From an uncultured bacterium (GTDB lineage Bacteria; Hydrothermota; UBA3073; NMUJ01; CBEVQO01): 64,000 bases of DNA. The translations under genes were made by a program, and so were the position numbers. How positions within the stretch are numbered: position 1 is the first letter of the stretch; every line of letters begins with the position of its first letter. The notes under the pieces were generated by a model that was given only the letters and a program-made list of their open reading frames with translations, ran no database searches and had not been told where the DNA came from. Location of the stretch: contig CBEVQO010000002.1 of assembly GCA_965552055.1 (NCBI GenBank), positions 320,001 through 384,000 on the forward strand. Direction: 5' to 3'. This document shows, one piece after another, positions 48,847 to 58,023 of this stretch.

Positions 48847-49860
48847 ATGGGGATAAAATTTATTCACACTGCTGACCTTCATCTTAAAGAAGATGAGCAA
48901 GGTTTCTCTGTCCTTCGTTTTATTATTGAAAAAGCGATAAAAGAAAACTGCGACGCTGTATTGATAGCAGGTGACCTGTTTGAAAGGAGTTCTTTTTCTA
49001 TTGATTTAAAAGAAAAAGTAAAAGAAATTTTCTCGCTTGCCCCCTCTATCAAAATTTTCATTTTACCAGGTGAATCGGATGTTGACTTTTTCCCTGCGGA
49101 TTACGGAGAAAATGTTGAAATAGTAAATAATGTTCCATTTTACTACAAAAAATTTAAAGATGTTGAAATAATTGGTGTGCCAGTTCAGGAAGGCTTTACT
49201 TTACGAGAAATATTATCGGACCTGAAAAACGACCCCCAGAGGTCAATTTTGCTCATTCATTGCACACTATTTCAGGAATTCGAAGTTTTTAAAGAAAACA
49301 TCATTTTCCCTGTCTTACCAGAAGAAATCGCAGATAAATTTGGTTATATAGCTATGGGACATTATCACAAAGAGATGAAAATTTATCGCCTCGGTAGGTT
49401 CACAAAAGCAGTTTACCCGGGCAGTCCTGTAATGCTTCAGGATACAACAGGAAAAAGAAAAGCAGTATTGGTGCATATTGATTCTTTTATAAGCATTGAA
49501 CCATTTACAATAGATACCCCGTATTTTTCTGAAAAAGAATTCTTCGTCCTTCCATCAGAAGAAGATGATGTATTACTAAAAGTAGAGTTGGAAGCAATGC
49601 AAAGTGATGCGAACAAAGTTTTGATAATCAGAATAAAAGGTGTTTATTCAAAAAAGGAATTTCGTGAAAAAATAGAAGAAATCGTTAAAAAATACATAAC
49701 CGAATTTGCGAACATAATACTTGATTTTCAGGCAAAGCATTTGACCGAAATAAACGGCTATGCAATCGAGAGCTTTTTATATGCTTTAAAATCCCAAAAT
49801 GTTTCCGAAAAAATTAAAATGAGAGCAATCGAAATGTTTATTAACGCTTTAAAATGGTGA
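48847..49860 (+). CDS. SbcD/Mre11-like metallophosphoesterase (degenerate motif III)
   Basis: HTADLH, AGDLF, GHYH and YPGSP present; PGESD replaces GNHD. Confidence 0.8.
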   Translation: MGIKFIHTADLHLKEDEQGFSVLRFIIEKAIKENCDAVLIAGDLFERSSFSIDLKEKVKEIFSLAPSIKIFILPGESDVDFFPADYGENVEIVNNVPFYYKKFKDVEIIGVPVQEGFTLREILSDLKNDPQRSILLIHCTLFQEFEVFKENIIFPVLPEEIADKFGYIAMGHYHKEMKIYRLGRFTKAVYPGSPVMLQDTTGKRKAVLVHIDSFISIEPFTIDTPYFSEKEFFVLPSEEDDVLLKVELEAMQSDANKVLIIRIKGVYSKKEFREKIEEIVKKYITEFANIILDFQAKHLTEINGYAIESFLYALKSQNVSEKIKMRAIEMFINALKW

Positions 49861-51947
49861 AAATCAAAAAAATATTCATAAGAAATTGCCCTCCTCTTGA
49901 AGATGCAGAAATAGAATTTAAAAATCTCCATTTAATTTATGACAAACTCGATTACAGGAAAAATTTTTTATCAAATCTACTACAGGAAATCATTTTCCAC
50001 AGATTTACAAATGTATCAGAGGCAATAATACAGATAGATTCCAAAGAATATACTTTCCCTTATGAGAAAACACTCGGAGAGCTTTTAAACCTTGCTAATA
50101 TAAATTTGCCAGAAGTTTTAATAGTGAAAAGTGGTGACCTTATCACAACGATTGCATCGGGTGCTTTCTGGTTCAATTTGAAAGAAGCACTGACAGGCAT
50201 TAATTTTGATACATTAAAAGAAAAAATAATGAAAAAATACTCCATCGAAGAAAATAGAATCACAAAGATATTATCCGAATTGCAGGACATCAAACGAAAG
50301 AAAGCAGATATAATCCTGTTAATGCAGGGAGAAAAAGAATTAAAGGCACTTGAATCACAATATGCTTTTATCAAACACAAATTGGCTCTCATTTCACAAC
50401 AGGAAAGATATTTAAGATACAAAAGATTAAAAGAATTGTATGAAGAATGGAAAAGAGCTTACGAAAAATATTCTCAATATGAGAATTTAAAAGAAGATGA
50501 TTTACAGAGATGGAATGAACTTGAGGAAAAAATTTTCAAAAAGAAATCAGAAATAGAAGCCCGCTCAAAAGAATTAATAGAAATAGGTGCAAGAGTCGCA
50601 GACCTAAAGAGAGAAGAAAGCGATAAAAGAGAAGAACTTCGTAAATTAAAGGAAATATTATCTACATCGAGAAAATGGAGAATAACAGAGCAAATTGATA
50701 GGTATAACAAATTAAAAGAAGAATTAACGAAATATACGCCAGAATATTTCTTCGTTGGACTTGGTGTTGCTTTATCCGGTCTTATTGTAAGTGCCTTTGG
50801 CATACTTCATTATGCCATCACGATACCCGGTGCTCTATGTCTCCTCACGGGTTTATTTATGCTGATAAGGCATGCAAGGGGCAGGCTAATAGCAGAAGAA
50901 GCTAAAGAAGTTGCAAAATTCCTCATGAAAAGTGCAAAAAACTTAAAATGGAATGGTGATACACCTGAATCAACAGTTGAATTCATCGAAGAAAAAGAAA
51001 AAAGAGCAGAAGAACTCGAAAAGGAAGAAATACCAAAAATAATGGAAAATCAAAAGGAAATGAATAAAAAAATGGAAGAAATAAAAGCAAAAACTAAAGA
51101 ACTGGGAGAAGAATTAAGAAGATTAGAAGAAGACCTCGAAATTTTAAAACATAGATTGGGTAATATCCCAAAATCCGAACTGGCAAAAAAACTTGATGAA
51201 AAAAAGAGATTGAAAGAATTAATCAACAGCTTGACGATAGAATTAAAAAAGCATTTTGAAACTGATAAACCAAGAGAATGGGAAGCAAAACTCGAAGAGA
51301 TGAAAACATCACCCCCTCAGGCATCTTTAAATATAACAGATAAAGAAAAATATGAAGAACTTCTGAATAAACTTCAAACAGAAATTGAGAAAACAAAAAG
51401 AAGAATGGAGGAATTGAAAAAAGAAGAGTGGATACCATCTGAATTCTACAAAATTTATCTAAAAGAGGGTGAACTCGAAAAAGAGCTCGAAGAAATAGAA
51501 CTGAATAAAAAAGCACTTGATTGTGTTATAAAAACAATCGATAGTTTATCAAAGAGATTAAACGGGATAGTCGAACATGCTGTAAAAATTGATTTACAAA
51601 ATTATCTCCCACGATTTACAAATGGTCAATATGTTGATATCGAAGTTGTAGATGGCAGGTTATATTGCAGGAGGTCAACAGGTGAACATGTGGAGCTATC
51701 TGCTTTGTCACGGGCAAATCAGGACTTACTTGCATTTCTCATAAAATTAACGATTGCTAAAAGATTATTGGGAAAAGGATTTTTGATACTCGATGATTCA
51801 TTTATAACAATGCCACAGAATATGAAAAAAGATTTGATTAAATTTATGGATGAAATAAAAGAAGAATGGCAATTCATTTATCTATCGAGCGACGAAAATA
51901 CGATGAAAATATTTAAAGAAATTGGTGCAGAAATTACTACAATATAA
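49854..51947 (+). CDS. SbcC/Rad50/YhaN-like coiled-coil protein (Walker A degenerate)
   Basis: Long coiled coil with internal TM pair; LSRANQD signature-like motif and LILDDSF Walker B; no GxxxxGK[ST]. Confidence 0.75.
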   Translation: MVKIKKIFIRNCPPLEDAEIEFKNLHLIYDKLDYRKNFLSNLLQEIIFHRFTNVSEAIIQIDSKEYTFPYEKTLGELLNLANINLPEVLIVKSGDLITTIASGAFWFNLKEALTGINFDTLKEKIMKKYSIEENRITKILSELQDIKRKKADIILLMQGEKELKALESQYAFIKHKLALISQQERYLRYKRLKELYEEWKRAYEKYSQYENLKEDDLQRWNELEEKIFKKKSEIEARSKELIEIGARVADLKREESDKREELRKLKEILSTSRKWRITEQIDRYNKLKEELTKYTPEYFFVGLGVALSGLIVSAFGILHYAITIPGALCLLTGLFMLIRHARGRLIAEEAKEVAKFLMKSAKNLKWNGDTPESTVEFIEEKEKRAEELEKEEIPKIMENQKEMNKKMEEIKAKTKELGEELRRLEEDLEILKHRLGNIPKSELAKKLDEKKRLKELINSLTIELKKHFETDKPREWEAKLEEMKTSPPQASLNITDKEKYEELLNKLQTEIEKTKRRMEELKKEEWIPSEFYKIYLKEGELEKELEEIELNKKALDCVIKTIDSLSKRLNGIVEHAVKIDLQNYLPRFTNGQYVDIEVVDGRLYCRRSTGEHVELSALSRANQDLLAFLIKLTIAKRLLGKGFLILDDSFITMPQNMKKDLIKFMDEIKEEWQFIYLSSDENTMKIFKEIGAEITTI

Positions 51948-52950
51948 AGAAGCACTATATTATGATAAACTTGATTCAAAATTACGATGCAAAATTTGTG
52001 CAAGATATTGTGTGATAGATGAAGGCAAATATGGTTTTTGCACTGCAAGGAAGAACGAAAATGGCAAACTTTATCTTCTGAATTATGGCTTGGTATCCGC
52101 TATTCATCTTGCTCCATCCGAGCTAAAGCCGATTTTCCATTTCAAACCCGGAAAGATATGGCTATCTGTAGGAACTTATGGCTGTAATTTCAGATGCAGG
52201 GGTTGTCAAAACTGGGATATTGCGCATTTTAGATTCAGTAAAGAGAAGCCACTTGGCGAAATAATAATGCCCGAAGAACTTGTTGATATAGCGATAAAGG
52301 AAAATTGCACAGGTTTATCTTTTACCTACAATGAACCAACGGTCTGGTATGAATACACACTCGATTGCATGGAACTCGCAAAAGAAAGGGGTCTTCATAC
52401 AAATTATGTTACAAACGGTTTTATGACACCTGAGGTTTTGAAATCTTTAAAAGGATTACTTGATGTCTTCCGTGTTGATATAAAGGGTAAGGAGAAATTC
52501 TATTCAAAATTGTGTCATTTAAAAAATTATGATGTCGTTTATAAAAATGCTATTCTTGCGAAAGAACTCGGGATGCATGTCGAAGTTGTAACGAATATTA
52601 CTCCGGGGTATAACGATGATACCGATACTTTACGCTATATAGCGCGCTTTATAAAAAATGAATTGGGAGAGGACACTCCATGGCACTGCACACGCTTTGT
52701 GCCTCATCTTTATCTCTCACATCTGCCAGCTACTCCCGTAGAAACACTTGAAAAAGCATACAAAATAGGAAAAGAAGAAGGACTTAAATTTGTATATCTT
52801 GGAAATGTACCGGGACACCCATGGGAAAACACCTATTGCCCTGCCTGTGAAAAATTACTCATAAAAAGATTTAATTTTAGAATCCTTGAATATAATATAG
52901 AAAATGGGCGATGTAAATTCTGTGGAGAAAAAATACCTGTGTATGAATAG
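51922..52950 (+). CDS. amrS: AmmeMemoRadiSam system radical SAM enzyme
   Basis: GCNFRCRGCQNWDI, FTYNEPT, YLGNVPG..ENTYCP.C. Confidence 0.88.
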   Translation: MVQKLLQYKEALYYDKLDSKLRCKICARYCVIDEGKYGFCTARKNENGKLYLLNYGLVSAIHLAPSELKPIFHFKPGKIWLSVGTYGCNFRCRGCQNWDIAHFRFSKEKPLGEIIMPEELVDIAIKENCTGLSFTYNEPTVWYEYTLDCMELAKERGLHTNYVTNGFMTPEVLKSLKGLLDVFRVDIKGKEKFYSKLCHLKNYDVVYKNAILAKELGMHVEVVTNITPGYNDDTDTLRYIARFIKNELGEDTPWHCTRFVPHLYLSHLPATPVETLEKAYKIGKEEGLKFVYLGNVPGHPWENTYCPACEKLLIKRFNFRILEYNIENGRCKFCGEKIPVYE

Positions 52951-52984
52951 GGTTGACAGTAACAAAATATCTTTAAAATAAATG

Positions 52985-53749
52985 ATGAACGCAGAAGAAA
53001 AATTCTGGGAGGCGTTGAGGAGATTATCGGAAGAAATCGATAGATTAAGAGAATCGCAAAAGAAAACAGATGAGCAGTTGAGAAAAACTGACGAACAGCT
53101 GAGGAGCACAGACGAGAAGATAGACAAACTGCGAGAAAGACAGGAGAAGACGGATGAACAGTTAAGGGATACAGACAGAAAGATTGAAAAATTACGAGAA
53201 AGGCAGGAGAAAACGGATGAACAGTTAAGGAAAACGGACGAACAATTGAGGAAAACTGACGAAGGGATGAAAGAATTACAAAGGCTCATTAAGGATTTAT
53301 CAAACAATGTAGGTGGTCTTAATCGCTCGTTTGGCAAGATACCCGAAGCATTGAGCGAGCCACAGGTTGAAGAAAAGTTTGAAGAAGCAGGATTTAGGGT
53401 GCTTGGTGCATATCCCAATATATGGGGCAAATACAACGATAAGAAAAAAGAGATTGACCTCCTGATAAAGGCAAAGCGTAAGGGTAAATCTTATATAATC
53501 GTGGTTGAAACCCAGGTGCAGTTCAGAGCCAAAAAGGAAATAGATGATTTTATCGGATTTTTGAAAAAAGATTTCAGGAAATATTTTGACGAATATGCAG
53601 GGATGAAAGTAATAGGTTGCGTCTGTGCACTTAAATTTAGCAGAGGAGTTGATGAATATGCGATGGAGAAAGGTTTATACTGCATGAAGCCAGTAAAAGG
53701 CATAATGGGATTGATAAATCCAAAAAACTTCAAACCTGAAGAATTTTGA
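52985..53749 (+). CDS. coiled-coil + PD-(D/E)XK-like domain protein (DUF3782-like), copy 1
   Basis: DEQLRKT heptad repeats; EIDLL...VVETQ; TTGACA-N15-TAAAAT upstream. Confidence 0.75.
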   Translation: MNAEEKFWEALRRLSEEIDRLRESQKKTDEQLRKTDEQLRSTDEKIDKLRERQEKTDEQLRDTDRKIEKLRERQEKTDEQLRKTDEQLRKTDEGMKELQRLIKDLSNNVGGLNRSFGKIPEALSEPQVEEKFEEAGFRVLGAYPNIWGKYNDKKKEIDLLIKAKRKGKSYIIVVETQVQFRAKKEIDDFIGFLKKDFRKYFDEYAGMKVIGCVCALKFSRGVDEYAMEKGLYCMKPVKGIMGLINPKNFKPEEF

Positions 53750-53751
53750 AA

Positions 53752-54390
53752 ATGAATGCAGAGGAGAAATTCTGGGAGGCGTTGAGAAGATTGATAGAGA
53801 GACAGGAGCAGTCAGAAAGGGAGACCCGAGCTCTCCGTGAAAGCATAGACAAACTGCGAGAAAGGCAGGAGAAGACAGATGAACAATTAAGGAAAACGGA
53901 TGAAGGGATGAAAGAATTACAAAGGTTAATTAAGGATTTATCAAACAATGTAGGTGGTCTTAATCGCTCGTTTGGCAAGATACCCGAAGCATTGAGCGAG
54001 CCACAGGTTGAAGAAAAGTTTGAAGAAGCAGGATTTAGGGTGCTTGGTGCATATCCCAATATATGGGGCAAATACAACGATAAGAAAAAAGAGATTGACC
54101 TCCTGATAAAGGCAAAGCGTAAGGGTAAATCTTATATAATCGTGGTTGAAACCCAGGTGCAGTTCAGAGCCAAAAAGGAAATAGATGATTTTATCGGATT
54201 TTTGAAAAAAGATTTCAGGAAATATTTTGACGAATATGCAGGGATGAAAGTAATAGGTTGCGTCTGTGCACTTAAATTTAGCAGAGGAGTTGATGAATAT
54301 GCGATGGAGAAAGGTTTATACTGCATGAAGCCAGTAAAAGGCATAATGGGATTGATAAATCCAAAAAACTTCAAACCTGAGGAATTTTGA
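53752..54390 (+). CDS. coiled-coil + PD-(D/E)XK-like domain protein, copy 2
   Basis: Same C-terminal domain, shorter coiled coil. Confidence 0.75.
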   Translation: MNAEEKFWEALRRLIERQEQSERETRALRESIDKLRERQEKTDEQLRKTDEGMKELQRLIKDLSNNVGGLNRSFGKIPEALSEPQVEEKFEEAGFRVLGAYPNIWGKYNDKKKEIDLLIKAKRKGKSYIIVVETQVQFRAKKEIDDFIGFLKKDFRKYFDEYAGMKVIGCVCALKFSRGVDEYAMEKGLYCMKPVKGIMGLINPKNFKPEEF

Positions 54391-54392
54391 AA

Positions 54393-55127
54393 ATGAATGC
54401 AGAAGGAAAATTCTGGGAGGCGTTGAGGAGATTATCGGAAGAAATCGATAGATTAAGAGAATCGCAAAAGAAAACAGATGAGCAATTAAGGAAAACGGAT
54501 GAGGAACTGAGGAAAGCATGGGAGCAAGCGGAAAAAGAAATGAGAGAATTGCGAGAAAGACAGGAGAAGACGGATGAACAGTTAAGGAAAACGGATGAAC
54601 AGTTAAGGAAAACGGACGAACAATTGAGGAAAACAGATGAAGGGATGAAAGAATTACAAAGGCTCATTAAGGATTTATCGAACAATGTAGGTGGTCTTAA
54701 TCGCTCGTTTGGCAAGATACCCGAAGCATTGAGCGAGCCACAGGTTGAAGAAAAGTTTGAAGAAGCAGGATTTAGGGTGCTTGGTGCATATCCCAATATA
54801 TGGGGCAAATACAACGATAAGAAAAAAGAGATTGACCTCCTGATAAAGGCAAAGCGTAAGGGTAAATCTTATATAATCGTGGTTGAAACCCAGGTGCAGT
54901 TCAGAGCCAAAAAGGAAATAGATGATTTTATCGGATTTTTGAAAAAAGATTTCAGGAAATATTTTGACGAATATGCAGGGATGAAAGTAATAGGTTGCGT
55001 CTGTGCACTTAAATTTAGCAGAGGAGTTGATGAATATGCAATTGAGAAAGGTTTATACTGCATGAAACCAGTAAAAGGCATAATGGGATTGATAAATCCA
55101 AAAAACTTTAAACCCGAGGAATTTTGA
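54393..55127 (+). CDS. coiled-coil + PD-(D/E)XK-like domain protein, copy 3
   Basis: Same C-terminal domain (M>I near the end), different coiled coil. Confidence 0.75.
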   Translation: MNAEGKFWEALRRLSEEIDRLRESQKKTDEQLRKTDEELRKAWEQAEKEMRELRERQEKTDEQLRKTDEQLRKTDEQLRKTDEGMKELQRLIKDLSNNVGGLNRSFGKIPEALSEPQVEEKFEEAGFRVLGAYPNIWGKYNDKKKEIDLLIKAKRKGKSYIIVVETQVQFRAKKEIDDFIGFLKKDFRKYFDEYAGMKVIGCVCALKFSRGVDEYAIEKGLYCMKPVKGIMGLINPKNFKPEEF

Positions 55128-55207
55128 TAATGAAAGTTGACAAATGGAACAATTCGGTTATAATAAAATGAGGATATTATGACAAAAATTTTGCTAAATA
55201 AAAAACG

Positions 55208-55969
55208 ATGAGGGCTATCTGGAAAGGTTCATTGTCTTTTGCACTTGTAAATTTCCCGATAAAACTTTTCAATGCAGTATCATCTAAAACTTTAAAATTC
55301 CACAGCTTATGTCCCGATTGTCATAATCAGATAAAATACAAAAAATGGTGCCCCTATTGTGAGAAAGAAGTGCAAAAACCTTTAAAGGGATACAAAGTTG
55401 GTAATGAATTTGTTATCCTTGATGATGCTGATTTTGAAAGAGTAAAAATTAAATCAACAAAGGTAATAGAGATTCAAAAATTTGTAGATGCTGACAAAAT
55501 ACCCGAAATCATGCATTCAAATACTTATTATATTGCACCAGAAACAGGTGCTGAAAAAATCTATGTTTTACTTAGAGAAGTATTACAAAGAACAGGCAAA
55601 GTTGGTATCGGCAAATTTGTGCTTCACAACCGCGAACATGTGGTAAAACTCGCTACTTATGAATCTGCACTGCTACTTCATACCTTATTTTACAAAACAG
55701 AAATAAGACAAATACCGGAAATTCCAAACTTGATTCAAAATATAAAACTCAATGAAGAAGAAATAAAACTGTGTGAAGAAATAATAAACAGGATGTCTGT
55801 ATCTGAAATAGATTTTGGCGAATATACCGACAAATATACAGAAGGTTTGCAGAAAATAATCGAAGCGAAATTGCAGGGCAAAGTTATAACCATTGAAGAA
55901 AAAGTAGAGCAACCAAAAGAAAGTTTAATGGATGCCCTTCGTGCATCACTTGAAGCCCTTTCCAGATGA
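55208..55969 (+). CDS. ku: Ku protein (NHEJ)
   Basis: MRAIWKGSLSFALVNFPIKL; C-terminal LMDALRASL. Confidence 0.95.
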   Translation: MRAIWKGSLSFALVNFPIKLFNAVSSKTLKFHSLCPDCHNQIKYKKWCPYCEKEVQKPLKGYKVGNEFVILDDADFERVKIKSTKVIEIQKFVDADKIPEIMHSNTYYIAPETGAEKIYVLLREVLQRTGKVGIGKFVLHNREHVVKLATYESALLLHTLFYKTEIRQIPEIPNLIQNIKLNEEEIKLCEEIINRMSVSEIDFGEYTDKYTEGLQKIIEAKLQGKVITIEEKVEQPKESLMDALRASLEALSR

Positions 55970-56886
55970 AATACTATAAACCAATGCTTGCATATCCAGG
56001 GGATACAAAAATATTTGAAACAAAAGATTTTATATATGAACCGAAACTCGATGGCACACGAGCAATTTGCTATATTGAAGATGGAAGGGTAAAAATCTTC
56101 AACAGAAGGGATTATGAAATTTCTGCAAGGTATCCCGAAATCGTTGAAAATTTGAAAAAATTAAAGGTTAAAAATTGTGTGCTCGATGGAGAGATTGTTG
56201 TGCTTACAAATAATCTTCCAGATTTCTATAAATTACAGGAAAGGGAACACATTGAAGATGAATTCAAAGCAAAATTGCTTGCAAAAAAGTATCCTGCCAC
56301 ACTTTTTGTTTTCGATATAATTTACCTTAACGATGAAGAACTCATTTTATTACCTTTAATTGAGAGGAAAAAAATTTTGGATGATACAGTGAAAAAAGAC
56401 GAACATATAGACCTTTGTATTTTCACAGAAGATGGCAAAAGATTATTTGAACTGACCAGAAAGATGGGTTTAGAGGGTATAATGGCGAAGTTAAAGCGCG
56501 GTTTGTATTATCCCGGAAAAAGGGTTAAAGAATGGCTTAAGTTAAAGCATTTCCAAACGATGGATTGTGTAATCTGTGGCTATACAAAAGGCAAGGGCAA
56601 GCGCGAAGGAGTATTTGGTGCGCTTGTACTTGGCACATTTGAAAATGGTAAATTAATCTGTCGTGGCAAAGTTGGCACAGGCTGGTCTAATGACTTTGCG
56701 AAATGGCTTAAAAATCAGCTTGATAAAATAAAAGTTGATAAGCCACATTTTGATTTCCCTGAAGAAGTCGTATGGGTGAAACCAGTTTACCTCTGTGAAG
56801 TGCAATTTATGGAGATAACAGAAGATGGCAAATTAAGAGCTCCCTCATTCAAAAGATTGCGATTTGATAAAAAACAACTTGAGTAA
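55966..56886 (+). CDS. ligD: ATP-dependent DNA ligase (LigD ligase domain only)
   Basis: EPKLDG, LDGEIV, FVFD, EGIMAK, WLKLK, GKVGTG, LRAPSF. Confidence 0.9.
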   Translation: MKYYKPMLAYPGDTKIFETKDFIYEPKLDGTRAICYIEDGRVKIFNRRDYEISARYPEIVENLKKLKVKNCVLDGEIVVLTNNLPDFYKLQEREHIEDEFKAKLLAKKYPATLFVFDIIYLNDEELILLPLIERKKILDDTVKKDEHIDLCIFTEDGKRLFELTRKMGLEGIMAKLKRGLYYPGKRVKEWLKLKHFQTMDCVICGYTKGKGKREGVFGALVLGTFENGKLICRGKVGTGWSNDFAKWLKNQLDKIKVDKPHFDFPEEVVWVKPVYLCEVQFMEITEDGKLRAPSFKRLRFDKKQLE

Positions 56887-56901
56887 TAAGAGGTTAATCT
56901 C

Positions 56902-57966
56902 TTATTGTTTTTTACGAAATCTAAGAAAGATTTTTCGACTCTCGTTTTTTGTGTTCACTAATATCACATATACTTTTTTATTTTCACTTATTTTAAAAGT
57001 AAACTCATGAGATACCGCAGGTCCAAAATCATACAAAGTTTCACACTCTCTCCCTGCTTTCCATTTGAAATAATTAAGTTCGTCTAATAAACCGACTGCT
57101 TCTAAAGATCCACCTTTAACAACAATAAATTGCCCTTCGTATTCCCCGGGAGGAATGTGAAGCATAAGAGGAGTAAAAGTAACAAATTCATCAAAAAGTC
57201 CGCATCCTTTAATTTGACAAACACATTGAAATTCTTCTCTATCACTAAAATTAACCTCGAATTCTGAAGTTTTAATAACAGGAAAAGAAGCATATTTTAT
57301 TAAATTATCCACTATTTCTTGCGCTTTCCGCCTATTTTTATAATCCCCTTTCTCTTGTAAAACTTGAATAATTTTAATGATACCTTTTATCCATTGATTT
57401 AATATCTCTTTATTTTGCGACATTTCTTTATAACCCCACACTAACGGGTTAAATTCAGGCAGAGTAAAATCTAAGACATAAGGGAATTTTTGTTTCTCTT
57501 CTTCTGGCAAAAGTCTCTCGATATCTTCTAGTTTACTTCCTAGCACATTACACAACCACTCTAATGGTGTAAGTAAAACATCACATGAAATAATAATCTC
57601 TTCTCGTCCATCATCGTCTAAATCTTGTAAAGATAATCTACTATTAGTAAAATGCGACAACTTATACTCTCCTACAACAGGTTTTTCTTTTGGACCCCAA
57701 TAAATTAGATAAAAACCGGATAATAAATTATTCTCTTGGATTTTTTTAATAAGAACAATGTCTAAGGAAGGCCATTTCAGTGTCTGCCATCGGCAATTAG
57801 TAAAGTCCGTATTTATTTCTTCCATTAATATTATTTTCCCATTATCGTCACGAATTATTAAAGTCTTTTGTGATATTTCAATTTGCTCCTTTTTTCTGTC
57901 TCCGTCTAAATCCGCATAATAATTTGTCACCCCTATTATAAACATTAAACATAAAAATTTCTCCAT
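56902..57966 (-). CDS. hypothetical exported protein with DLDGD-type motifs
   Basis: Short signal; ADLDGDRKKE and DLDDDGREEI; AGGAGG RBS. Confidence 0.65.
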   Translation of the reverse strand: MEKFLCLMFIIGVTNYYADLDGDRKKEQIEISQKTLIIRDDNGKIILMEEINTDFTNCRWQTLKWPSLDIVLIKKIQENNLLSGFYLIYWGPKEKPVVGEYKLSHFTNSRLSLQDLDDDGREEIIISCDVLLTPLEWLCNVLGSKLEDIERLLPEEEKQKFPYVLDFTLPEFNPLVWGYKEMSQNKEILNQWIKGIIKIIQVLQEKGDYKNRRKAQEIVDNLIKYASFPVIKTSEFEVNFSDREEFQCVCQIKGCGLFDEFVTFTPLMLHIPPGEYEGQFIVVKGGSLEAVGLLDELNYFKWKAGRECETLYDFGPAVSHEFTFKISENKKVYVILVNTKNESRKIFLRFRKKQ

Positions 57967-57988
57967 TTACCCTCCTTATTTTTATGAG

Positions 57989-58007
57989 GGGGAGGTGAGC
58001 CCTCCCC
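57989..58007. terminator. GC-rich hairpin downstream of the glutamate-synthase-like gene
   Basis: GGGGAGG-tgagc-CCTCCCC; no clear U-tract on the minus strand. Confidence 0.35.
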
Positions 58008-58023
58008 TATAAAGTTTTTATTC

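Larger units (their letters stand above)
53261..55127 (+). repeat. three near-identical 489-nt direct repeats (53261-53749, 53902-54390, 54639-55127)
   Basis: Direct sequence comparison; only scattered substitutions. Confidence 0.92.

Noticed and set aside
53050..54640. 21-nt repeats as a CRISPR array or DGR template/variable repeats
   Set aside because: They are in-frame heptad codons; no reverse transcriptase in the window and no adenine-specific variation pattern noticed.
52855..55081. Repeated minus-strand ORFs (e.g. 52855-53436, 53730-54077, 54371-54814) and other antisense ORFs in the track
   Set aside because: They are shadows of well-supported genes on the opposite strand, with Ser/Phe/Leu-rich composition and no recognisable motifs.
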